A stretch of 64,000 nt of DNA, taken from assembly GCF_963921235.1 (NCBI RefSeq), contig NC_086097.1, positions 181,972,001 through 182,036,000 on the forward strand, written 5' to 3'. Positions 1 through 10,729 of this stretch are shown piece after piece; the stretch's first letter is position 1; each line of letters starts with the position of its first letter. The DNA comes from Mobula hypostoma. Taxonomy: Eukaryota. The position numbers were made by a program, and so were the translations under genes. The notes beneath the pieces are model-generated. The model was not told where the DNA came from. It saw only the letters and a program-made list of their open reading frames with translations, and searched no databases.

Positions 1-137
1 TGCTAGCTGAAAGACAAATTCCACAGTCCAATTCTCAGTCTGTGTCCTGGTAGAACATAACAACATAAGAAATAGGAATAGGAGTAGGCCTGTTGAGCCT
101 GTTCTACCATTCAGTTAGATTATGGCTGATCTGGCCA

Positions 138-973
138 TGTTGATCTGCCTCTCTACCAGAGAACTTTAGGTTCAGACCCAGAGAATACTTGTCAAACACA
201 GTTTACTTAAAAGTACATACTGTTTATTAGCAAGCTTGCATTGCTCAGTTGACAAAACAGAGTCCCCAATCCCTGAGCCTGGGAAACTCTGCAATCAAGT
301 AAGCCACCGAGTATGCTCAGGGCTGCTGATATACATTCGTTATCACATACATACTTTGATAATGAGATGTTAAGAAGGTCGCATCTTGTAGGCCTCTTGT
401 GACATTGTAAGGGTCATAGCGGCTTAGACTTTGAAAAAAGTATAGAAGTACAAATGTTTTCTTATAAGATAAACTGAGTGGGTGACATTATCCTTGGTAT
501 GCGACCTGTGCTTAACTTCAGTTCTTGCTTAGAGTAACTTCTATCATTGCTTGATTAATTGCTGTAAGAGACATACCCTGCTTTGTACTCACTATAGCAC
601 CTGCAAGATAAGCATTAAAAAGAATGGCTATTTAAAGGCTTTGAATGGTAAGCCTGTGCCTGTCTGTATCCAGGCATAGTGGCAATTAAAACTGTTACAC
701 GAACAATTTATGGCTGATAAAGTTAACAGTACTCATCTGTACAGGAGCTAAGGGGGTGAACCCACGTGTATCTGTGTACGTGACTGCATGTGTATAAAAA
801 AAAGAGAAAAAGAGCTGTATTTGCTTTAGAAGCCAGGGACCTCCAAAGCAGCCTCCAAGAGAGTGCTTAAGGAGGGTTCTCTCTGGTAGCTTGCTACTAA
901 TAAAGAGTTAAAGTTCCAATCACCGTAGTACGTGGTGTCTTTCCATCAGGTAGATCGAAAGAAGGTTGCAACA
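138..973 (+). mobile_element. LTR-like element (probable solo LTR)
   Basis: Begins TGTTG (138) and ends CAACA (969-973). TATAAAA near 795 and AATAAA at 899-904 in U3-R-U5 order. Interrupts a CR1 3' tail. No TSD visible (GGCCA vs ATAAG). Confidence 0.5.
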
Positions 974-1034
974 ATAAGGGTAGACAGAGAAGCTTTCTCA
1001 TGTAACAAACACTTCTTTGTTCTTACACTATTCT

Positions 1035-1247
1035 CAGAATCAGAATCAGGTTTATTATCACCGGCATATGACTTGAAATTTGTTAACTTAGCAGTTCAGT
1101 GCAGTTCAATGCAATACATAATCTAGCAGAGCCAGAAAAAAATAGTAATAATAAATAAAATTAAAGATAATAATAAATAAACAAGTAAATTACATATATT
1201 GAATAGATTATGTTAATAATGTGCAACAAACAGAAATACTGTATATT
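1035..1247 (-). mobile_element. Rex1/Babar-type LINE 3' end fragment
   Basis: Reverse complement of the 3' UTR and (GATTCT)n tail seen at ~20810-20963. Confidence 0.7.
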
Positions 1248-1795
1248 TGTAGGGCTCTCAGTATACGAGGTGGACTGTTAACTGTTGATGGCTTATTACC
1301 AAAATGGCTTCTCTGAAGTGTTATATTGAAATTGCTTCTCGTAATGTTAACTGCTGAGCAAGGGGTTGTCTGTAACTGCAATGTTTGGGTTATACAGGGA
1401 GATAATGGAAATTATTTTCATTTGTTAGCCAATGGAAGTCATCTTCTGTAATCTTGTATATGTGTGCTGAGTTGAGGAGCGCGGGCTTTTTCGGGAGGCG
1501 AGCAGAGAGGATGGACATGTGAGGAACGGACGGTGGTTCCCAGGTGGCGGACACTGGACCTCGGGCGTTTGGAGGGTGGCCGGAGACTCAGAAGGATGTT
1601 GTGGATGGAATCGGAGGCGTGAGCTCCAACGTATTAAAATATTATATGCACAAGACTGATAGGTTTCTTATGTGGCGCCTTTTCATGTAGTTGCTGCTAC
1701 TAACCCAGCACCAAAAATTTGCTATAAAGTATAATTCTTTACTCGCACTTTGTATATTGTTTCATATTTGTGTCGTGGCTGATCATTGGGCGACT
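1248..1795 (+). mobile_element. Truncated LTR related to the solo LTR at 35931-36617
   Basis: Starts TGTAGGG. Shares collinear motifs AAAATGGCTTCT, ATGTTAA.TGCTGAG, CCAAT, GCGCGGG..TTT, GAGCTCCAAC and GTGG.GCCTTTT. 3' end not found. Confidence 0.6.
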
Positions 1796-1859
1796 GCATT
1801 AATTCTGCCTGATCAGATGGCTTTTAAATGTTTTCACTGTTTTTGTCTCCATTACCTCC

Positions 1860-2235
1860 TCTGGCAACTCATTCCAACTATACTTTGTCAAAGATTGACC
1901 CTACATACCCCTTTAAATCCCCTCCCTCTAACCTTAAACCTATGCCTTCCAGTTTAAACACCCCTACCATAGCAAACAGACAATGGCTATCCTATTACAT
2001 TCAATTTTATATAGCTCTATCATGTCACCTACCAGCCTCCTTTGCTCAAGGAATACAGTTCCTGCCTATCAAATTTCTCTATAACTCAAGCCCTGCAGTC
2101 CAGATAACATCATTGTGAATCTTTTGTGCACCCTCTACCTTAATCACAACCTTTTGGTGTAGAAACCAAAATTATACATGATGCTGTACTCCAAGTGCAG
2201 CTCAACCAGCGTTTTCTGCAACTGTAATATGATTA
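1860..2235 (-). mobile_element. Old CR1 RT/3' fragment
   Basis: Degenerate match to the 3' region of the other CR1 copies (e.g. TACTCCAAGTGCAGCTCAACCAG). Boundaries approximate. Confidence 0.55.
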
Positions 2236-2329
2236 ATACCCGTGGAATGTCCATATTTCCATGCAGCTGGTGCTGGACATTAATCGGTCATGAACCGATT
2301 ATTACTGACCTCTCAAATGCAAAGCAGTG

Positions 2330-2975
2330 GCCAGCCCTGCCATGAGGATATCTAATCAACTTCCCCTGACATTCAGTGATACTATTATTAAGAAATTCAC
2401 CATCTTCAGGCTTCTGTGGTTTTGGGTACGCAGGTGGATTTGAAACTTGTATGAATCAGTCACATTTTGTTGACTGCTGGAGCTGATGAAGGACTGAATT
2501 ACCTCCAAATATCTGAAGCCTTTATGCTCAGTACAAGTGCTGGAATACTCTATACCTCTCCTCTGTTAGTGCTGTTCCAATAACACTTAACAAGCTCAAT
2601 ACCATTCAGATTAAAGCAGTTCACTTAATCAGTACCCCAACCACTACCCTAACATTATGGCTTCAGGCTAGATCTGCAAGATGGGCTACAATGACTTGCT
2701 ATCTCCAGGTTCTCTGACAATACTTGGCAAGCCTGTGGCTGCTACTATCCCAAAAGACTGGAGCAGTGTGTGCATTGGAACCCTGCCCCATAAACCTTTT
2801 TCTTCTGGTCACATACCATCCTTGTTCCTTCGATAGTGATTGTTAAAAATTCTGGCGTTATCTCCCCAAGAGCACAACTGGAGGACAATCCCGACAAGAG
2901 TCAAAGTGGCTTACTATCATTTTTCCCAAGCGGAATTCGAGCAGTCAGAAAACTCTGGCCTTGCCAATTCATCAA
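2330..2975 (+). mobile_element. Ancient LINE 3' remnant (CR1/L2 group)
   Basis: Highly decayed RT C-terminal and 3' UTR-like sequence, recognised by eye only. Confidence 0.35.
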
Positions 2976-3010
2976 TGGATATAAATATAATAGATCATGT
3001 GGTATATTTA

Positions 3011-3227
3011 AAAACGCAAACACGAGGAATTCTGCAGATGCTGGAAATTCAAGCAACACACATCAAAGTTGCTGGTGAACACAGCAGGCCAGGCAGCATC
3101 TCTAGGAAGAGGTACAGCCAACGTTTCGGGCCGAGACCCTTCGTCAGGACTAACTGAAGGAAGAGCTAGTAAGAGATTTGAAAGTGGGAGGGGGAAGGGG
3201 AACTTGGCCTCACAGCTCAGGAGGAAA
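3011..3227 (-). mobile_element. Penelope-like 3' end fragment plus inverted copy of the flank
   Basis: 3011-3199 is the reverse complement of the PLE 3' end. 14-bp TSD ATGTGGTA(TA/CG)TTTA at 2997-3010 and 3228-3241. Confidence 0.85.
3115..3152 (-). ncRNA. Minimal type I hammerhead ribozyme (GUU site)
   Basis: Minus strand reads TAGTC-CTGACGA-A-GGGTCTCGGCCC-GAAA-CG-TT-GGCTG. Confidence 0.7.
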
Positions 3228-4487
3228 ATGTGGTACGTTTACCTCCTGAGCTGTGAGGCCAAGTTCGTCTGAGATGGACTGAGGTGAATGCAGATGGAAC
3301 GCATGAGATAATGTTCTTGCTCATCAATGCTTGACTGAGCAGTAAGGGTTGACTAAGGTGAGCTTCCACAGAATATTTTCTTGTCTTGTCAACTCTCATT
3401 GCCATCAGCTTGAATTCTACTTTGGATTTGCTCCAGGCCATTGAAGGTTCTGATTTGTTATTTTCACCATATGACACAGCTGTGAAGTTATTGATGTGAC
3501 ACTTGGTTTAAGTAATGAGCATATGGAGGGGGCTACGGCTCAGAGAAGGGCATGACACATTGTGGGATTCAGTATGTAATTAGATTTGTTATGCCACACT
3601 TCCTTATTGAGCAGTGTGGATCGTTTTCCTGCTGTTTCTGAGAATTTATATATAGTGCTTCACACATTGAGTTACTTCCTGAAGTGCAGCAACTTTGCTC
3701 TGTAAGCAAGAATGGACATTAGACTGTCACAGCACTGTGTGGCCAACAGGACTGAGCTGAAGATAATAATGATGAACTAGACGTGCTAAAGGAAAGCCTC
3801 GTTACTTGGTATGATGTGTGGCAAGGTGCAGGTTCAAGCAGTGGATGCATGGCTCTACATTGGGTTTAGGATTTATTGGAATTTAAGAATAGAATGAGAA
3901 ATGGAGAATGAGGATGTATCATGAGAAGGAGAAAGTGTGTGAATGAAATAAATTTAACCAACTGTGAAATAACTGTAAAGACTCACCTGTTAGATACCAC
4001 AGAACCAAGAGAAGAAGGGTGCATTTGTGGGTTGTAGAGTTTGGAAAAGGGGCATTATATTCCATGGCACTGTTTAAGGCTTTGGGATTTCCAAGTGTTT
4101 TATAACCTATGAAATGCTTTTAAAATAGCATCACTATCGTGATGTAGGGAGCACCAGAACCAAGTTGTATACAGCAGGCACTCAACACGGTCATGTGATT
4201 GATGGCCAGAAAATGGAAATCCAAAAATCTGCTGCAACGATCAAATAAAAACAGGAAATGCTGGAAACACTCAGAAGAACAGGCAGCATCTGTGGAGTAG
4301 GAAAAAGAGTTAACATTCCTGGTTGAAGTCTTTTTCTCAGAACACAGAGAATCCTCTCTTCTGTCACCATAGCAAGAAAAGTCTATTGAACAGTCATAAA
4401 CCTTGATTTAGCCACAATTCTCAGCATTGCACTTCAGTGAAACAGTTGGAGAAGAGGGATTTATTAAAATGATACTATGCTTATGCT

Positions 4488-4713
4488 AAACATGAGAAAT
4501 TCTGCAGATGCTGGAAGTCCAAAGCAACACACATAAAATGATAGAGGAACTCAGCAGGCCAGACAGCACCTATAGAAAACAATAAAAAATCTTGGCCCGA
4601 AACATTGACTGTTTATTCCTATCCATAGATGCTACCTGACCTGCTATGTTCCTCCAACATTTTATGTCTTTTTTTGCTTTGGATTTCCAGTAGCTACAGA
4701 ATTTCTCGTGTTT
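4488..4713. repeat. Inverted pair of older Penelope 3' ends (hairpin)
   Basis: AAACATGAGAAATTCTGCAGATGCTGGAAGTCCAAAGCAA versus TTGCTTTGGATTTCCAGTAGCTACAGAATTTCTCGTGTTT. Confidence 0.75.
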
Positions 4714-4719
4714 ATGAAT

Positions 4720-5840
4720 AAATAGTTTACGTTTTGGGTTGAGACTCTTCTACAGGACTGGAAAGGAAGGGGAAAAGATGCTAGAGTAAAAAGATGTGGT
4801 GGGGGGAGTGGGAGAAGGATAACTAAAAGGTGATTGGTGAAACCAGTTGGGTAGGAAAGGTCAAGGGCTGGAGAGGAAGGAATCTGTTGGGAGAGGAGAG
4901 TGGACCACAGGAGAAATGGAAGGAGGAGGGGACCCAGAGAAGGTGATAGGCAGGTGGGAAGAGGTAAGAGGCCAGATTGAGGAATAAGAGTGGAGGGGGA
5001 AGGGTAAACTTTTTGTATGAAAAGGAGAAATCAATATTCATACCGTCAGGTTGGAGGCTTTACAGATGGAATATAAGGTGTTGCTTCTCCACCTTGAGGG
5101 TGGCCTCATCATGGTACAAGAGGAGACAATGGACTGACATGTCGGAACGGGAATGGAAATTGGAATTAAAATGTTTGGCCATCAGGAAGTTCTATTTTTG
5201 GTGCATGGAGTAGAGGTGCTTGACGAAGCTGTCTGTCAGTTTATGTGTGACAGGTCTTCCAATGTCAAAGAGGCCACATCATAATCACTGGACGCAATAA
5301 ACAACCCCAGCAGATTCACAGGTGAAGTGTTATGCCTCACCTGGAAGGATTATCTGGGGCCCTGAATGGAGATGAGGGAGGAGGTGAATTGGCAGATGTG
5401 GCACCTTGGCTACTTGCAGGGATAAGTGCCAGGAGAGAGATTAGTGAGGAAGGACAAATGGACAAGGGAATCATGGAGAGAGCAATCCCTGCAGAAAGTA
5501 GAGGGGGGGGGTGCTAGTAAAGATGCGTTTGGTGGTTTGGCGGTGGTGGTAGTTGCAGAGAATGATTTGTTGGATGCGGCGGCTCATAGGGTGCTGGTAG
5601 GTAAGGACAAGAGGAACTCTATCACTGTTAAGGCGGCAGGAAGGTGAATTGAGCATGGATATCCAGAAAATGGCGATGATGCTGATGAGGGCAGCATCAA
5701 TAGTGGAGGAAGGGAAACCCTGTTCTTTGAAGAAGGAAGATATCTCTGATGTCCTGTAAAGGAAAGCCACATCCTAGGAGCCGATGCAGTGGAGATAAAG
5801 GAACTGAGAAAAGAGATTAGCATTCTTACGGGAGACAGAG
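4720..5840 (-). mobile_element. Older Penelope-like element, RT C-terminus plus GIY-YIG remnant
   Basis: ORF 5471-5770 gives SSFFKEQGFPSSTIDAAL...RVPLVLTY. Homologous to the PLE at 30600-33098. Degenerate hammerhead near 4725-4760. Confidence 0.85.
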
Positions 5841-6811
5841 TGCGCCTTAAATACACCCAATGATATGGCCTCCACAGACGTCTGTGGCAATGAATTCTGC
5901 AGATTCACCACACTCTGGTAAAGAAATTCCTCTTCATCTCCACTCTAAATGGTTGTTCATCTGTTCTGAGGCTGCAGCCCCTGGTCCTTGACTCCTTCAC
6001 TATAGAAACAACCTCTCCATATCAACTCTATCCAGGCCTTTCAACATTCAATAGGTTTCAATGAGATCCCACCTCATTCTTCAAAATTCCAGCGCGTACA
6101 TGCTCTGAGACATCAAATGCTCCTCATACGATAACCCTTTCATTCCTGCAATCATTCTCGTGATCTCCTCTGAACCCTGTCCAATGTCAGCATATCCTTC
6201 CCTAGATAAGGGCAGCAAACTGCCTAAGGTATTCTAAATGAGGCCTCACCAGTGCCTTATAATGCCTCAGCATTGCCTCCTTGTTTTTATATTCTCATCA
6301 TCTTGAAGTGATTGCCAGCATTGCATTTGCCTTTCTCACCACCAACTCAACCTGCAAGTTAACCTTTCGGGAATCCTGCACGGGAGGTTTGGAGTCCTTG
6401 TGCATTTTGGATTTTTGAATTTTCTCCCCATTTAGAAAATAGTTTACGCTTTTAATCCTTCTACCAAAGTGCATGACCATAAACTTACTGGTCTGTATTC
6501 CATCTTCCCAACCACTGTGATTAGGCTAACCGGCCTATAATTTCCTTTTTTCTGCCTCCATCTCTTCTTAAAGAATGGAGTGACATTTGCAATTTTCTAG
6601 TCCTCCAGTACCATGCTAGAATCTAGTGATTCTTGAAAGATCATTAATAAATTCTCCATAATCTCTTCAGCTACCTCTTTCAGAACCCTGGGGTGTAGTC
6701 AGTCTGGTGTAGGTGAACACGAGGGAATCTGCAGATGCTGGAATTTCAAGCAACACACATAAAAATTGCTGGTGAGTGCAGCAGGCCAGGCAGCATCTAT
6801 AGGAAGAGGTA

Positions 6812-6849
6812 CAGCCGACGTTTCAGGCCGAGACCCTTCGTCAGGACTA
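6812..6849 (-). ncRNA. Minimal type I hammerhead ribozyme
   Basis: Minus strand reads TAGTC-CTGACGA-A-GGGTCTCGGCCT-GAAA-CG-TC-GGCTG. Core intact. Confidence 0.8.
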
Positions 6850-7157
6850 ACTGAAAGAAGAGATAGTAAGACCTCCCCTTCATACCCCATCCGTTATTTA
6901 TTTATTATTATTATTATTTTTTTCTCTCTCCTTTTTCTCCCTCTGTCCCTCTCACTCTTCTCCTTGCCCATCCTCTGGGCTTCCTCCTCCCCCTTTCTTT
7001 CTCCCTAGGCCTCCTGTCCCATGATCCTCTCATATCCCTTTTGCCAATCAACTTTCCAGCTCTTAGCTCCATCCCTCCCCCTCCTGTCTTCTCCTATCAT
7101 TTCGGATCTCCCCCTCCCCCTCCCACTTTCAAATCTCTTACTATCTGTTCTTTCAGT

Positions 7158-7195
7158 TAGTCCTGATGAACAATCTCGGCCCGAAACGTCGACTG
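7158..7195 (+). ncRNA. Hammerhead ribozyme, stem II disrupted
   Basis: TAGTC-CTGATGA-A-CAATCTCGGCCC-GAAA-CG-TC-GACTG. GGG replaced by CAA breaks stem II. Confidence 0.6.
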
Positions 7196-8264
7196 TACCT
7201 CTTCCTATAGATGCTGCCTGGCCTGCTGCGTTCACCAGCAACTTTTATGTGCGTTGCCTGGTGTAGGTGACTTCGCTGGCTTCAGACCATTCAGCTTCCC
7301 AAGGACCTTCTCAACAATAGCAGCTGCATTCACTGCTGCCCCTGACACTCTCGAACCTCCAACATACTACTTGTGCTTTCCACAGTGAAGAATGATGCAA
7401 GATACTTAGTCAGTTAGTCTGACATTTCCTTGTCTTCCATTACTATCTGTATAGCAAAATTTTACAGTGGTTCAATATCTACTGTTGCCTCACTTTTACT
7501 CTCTGAAAAATCTTACAGTATTCCCTTTGATATTTTTGGGTAGCTTACCTTCATATTTAATCTTTTCCCTTTTTATAGTTTTTTTAGTTGCCGCCTTATA
7601 TTTTTTAAAAGCTTCATAATCCTTTAACTTGCCACTAATTTTTGCTTAATTATATACCCTCTCTTTTGCTTTTAAGCTGTCATTGACTTCCCTTGTCAGT
7701 CACAGTTGCCTCATCGTCCCTTTAGAATACTACTTCATCTTAGAACACTTTTTTATGCTCCAGCCATTGCTGCTGTGCCGTCATCCTTGCTCGTGAGCCC
7801 CTCCAATTGACTTTGGATAGCTCCTCTCTCATGCCTCTCTAATTATCTGTACTTCACTGTAAAATTAATGTATCTGACTTTAACTTCTCCCTCTCAAGTT
7901 GCAAGGTGAATTCTATCATACTATGATCACTGTCTCCTAAGGGTTCCTTTACCTTAAAGTCCCCAGTCAAATCCAGTTCATTACAGAACACCCAATCCAG
8001 AATTCTGATCACCCAGAGAACTCAAACACAAGCTGCCCTATAAAGCCATCTCATTGGCATTCTACGTTCTCTCTCTTGGGACTCAAAATCAGCACTAAAC
8101 TGATTTTCTCAATCAACACACATTGAAGTCTTCCATGATGATCACAATGTTCCCTTTTTGTCCTGCCTTTTCTGAACCTGTTGTAATTTTTAGCCCACAT
8201 CCATATTGTTTGGAAACCTGTATATAACTCCCATCATGCCTTTTTACCTTTACAGTGTTCTAGA

Positions 8265-8475
8265 TGTTCTAGGACCATGACAGGTTGTGCATGATGTGCA
8301 CTCCCAGGAGTTTGAAACTGCTGTGGTGCCAATGTTAAGGAAGGTGTGAATGGTGCAAGTTCTCCTGAAGTCAATAACTATCTCCTTTGTCGTGTTGACA
8401 TTAAAGAAGTGGTTATTGGCCTGCAGCAGGCCTTGAACTCTTTCACCTCCTCTTTGTCGGCTGTCTCATCATTGG
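8265..8475 (-). mobile_element. Rex1/Babar RT fragment
   Basis: CCCAGGAGTTTGAAACTG and CTCCTGAAGTCAATAAC encode FKLLG and VIDFRR motifs. Confidence 0.6.
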
Positions 8476-8964
8476 AACATAATGCCCTGGCTTTCCTTGA
8501 AATGTGCAGTGAAGCCAGGTAATGAAGCTCACCTAAAAGGCAGCACCATAGCAATAAGCTGATGCTTTGGTACCGAATTAGATTGTCACTCAATATTTTT
8601 CTTTTGATATTTAGGAACTTGCAACTTAATTATGAGAAAACCTGCCAGCACCTCACAGGAAAAGCAAAGTTGATAAAATGAGAAAAGAACTAAAATTCAG
8701 CAGATCTGATGGTGCATTTTTTATTGTGCCACAATATTGTCTCTGGATAATTTTCAAGTGCATTGGTTTTAGCATATAGACTGTGGTTGAATGAAGGGCA
8801 GTGAAAAGGAAGGGTGTATAGGGACTTCCCCACACTGGACTTTGGTTGGACAGTGTAATATTGATGCCAGTCTGGAAGAAGGTCAATGAGTATTTTCACT
8901 CCTACACTTCAAATACAGTAATGAAACAGATTGAGGTACATTTTAAGAGACCCTTTCTAAGTTG

Positions 8965-9600
8965 AAATTATGGCAAGAGAGCTCAGATGGCAGCATGTGG
9001 GAACTCCAGTGTGTTCCTTATGGTCTGTGAGGCCTGTGAGAAGTGCTTGTGGTTTGGTCAGCTTGAACTCCTGGATTTGGAGCTTGAGTGTAGTTGGAGG
9101 TTGAGAGGCTGAATGTTATGTGGAATGCATATTCATAGAGGTGTTCTCCTCCTCACAGTTTAGGGAAAGGTATTGAGAGAAGAAATGGTGATCAGCAAGC
9201 AGCAGATGGAGTTCAGGAGTGCTTTCCATTTTGAACTGTTTTAGACTAATTTGGCAGCAGCATGGGATGTTGAATGGATGCATGTTTAAGAGAAATTTGG
9301 AAAGAAACTAAGTTCGTTGGTGCAGATGTGGGCATTGCATGTGTGTGGGAGGAACTGAAGATTAAATTGCATTTATTTTAATGCATGGAGTCTGACCAGT
9401 AAGGCAAGTGAACCTAGAGCATTGATGGACACATGGGGTTACAATATTGTCGCTATCATATTTTGGAGACATGGTAGAAAGAGGATCAGGATCAGTAACT
9501 CCATGTTAGAGGTATAGACTCTTCAGCCATCATGGGGTGTAAAAGAGGAGATGCCATTGCAACATTGAGCAGCAATACAAGGAAAGATGTGTGATCAGAA
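8965..9600 (+). mobile_element. Highly decayed CR1 ORF1 / start of ORF2
   Basis: Resembles the CR1 ORF1 N-terminus and the endonuclease start seen elsewhere in the window. Confidence 0.4.
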
Positions 9601-10729
9601 GCTTATGTTGAGGTTAAGTTTGACATCATGGTTGCAAACATTCTGGTTCAGTTTCATGCAGAGGTAAATGTATTGAAACTGATATTGTGTTTTCTAACCA
9701 AGGTAAATGTGCATTAGAAGTCGAGGTTCAAAGATAGATCCATGAAGGTAACATCAATGGATGTTGTGAAGATGTGGGAAGAGAAGGTATGGTAGGTGCA
9801 GACTAAGCACAAAGGGTTCCTTCCTGATGATGCGTCTCATCTTGAAATGTCAGCTCCCCTCTACGGTTGTAAACTGACTTATTGAGTTCCTCCAGCATTT
9901 TGTGTGTGTTGCCTAAGGATAGAACTAGATAGGAGTGGACCCAGCTAGCCTGATGGTGACAGTGATGCCTTAGAGAAGGAGTGTGGTCAATGTTGTCAAA
10001 AATTTTATGCAAGCCAATCTGGACAAGGGTAGATTGCCATTGTTACATATACAGCTGCTATTTGTGTCCTTGATAAGAGCCTTTTTACGACAGTGGTTGG
10101 TAGGTACCAGACAAGCAGATTTGGGAAAGATCTTGCGAAGTGATATTTACTTATGGACTTTAAAGTAGAAAGGCAGTTGATGATGAAGACAGATTTGGAG
10201 TAAAGAAAACTACCTGAGGAGGTTACTAGTATTGTTTAACAGGGAGTCAGGAAGTAAAATAGTGAGTTTAGTTGGAAATTAGCTCATAATTCATTTATTC
10301 CACACACTCCACAGTGCCATTTCACCTCATTTTATCCTAATCTCTAACAAATAAATCTAGCAGAATATATTGGCACTCTTACTCATTACTCCATTATTAT
10401 TTTCATTAAGTAATTTTCTGAAGATGAGCTAGATGTATTTCATTTTCCAGTTGTTCAGATCCACAGAGCACTAAACAAGGGGCAGGAAACATATTCTGTG
10501 TGGTCAATTAAAGCTTTGTTCACCTGCATTTATTAAATAATCTGCATTACAAGATGCAAAATGCAGTAAAAGAGATTTCTTTCCAACCGAAAGTTATTTC
10601 TCCTGTTCACTTGACAACCCTGGAAGACTGGAAAATATATCAAGATTGTCCCGATGAGGGTCTTGACTGGAAACGTCTACTGTTCATTTTCACCACATAA
10701 ATGCTGCCTGAATTGATGTGCTAATTGTC

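Larger units (their letters stand above)
6717..7257. mobile_element. Penelope-like insertion: inverted 3' end (6717-6870) plus direct 3' end (6871-7257)
   Basis: 13-bp TSD CTGGTGTAGGTGA at 6704-6716 and 7258-7270. Confidence 0.92.
5845..8245 (-). mobile_element. Degenerate CR1 LINE ORF2, interrupted by a PLE at 6717-7257
   Basis: ORF 6298-6480 gives VMHFGRR...VVRKANAML. Collinear with the other CR1 copies. Confidence 0.85.

Noticed and set aside
3069..3272. Recurrent peptide MLVNAAGQAAS.GRG..DVSGRDPSSGLTE as a small gene family
   Set aside because: Antisense translation of the PLE 3' UTR and hammerhead, repeated because the element is repeated.
8615..8711. Possible exon after a good TTTAG acceptor (MRKELKFSRSD)
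   Set aside because: All three frames from the acceptor contain stops, the donor GTGCAT is weak, and the peptide is unrecognised.
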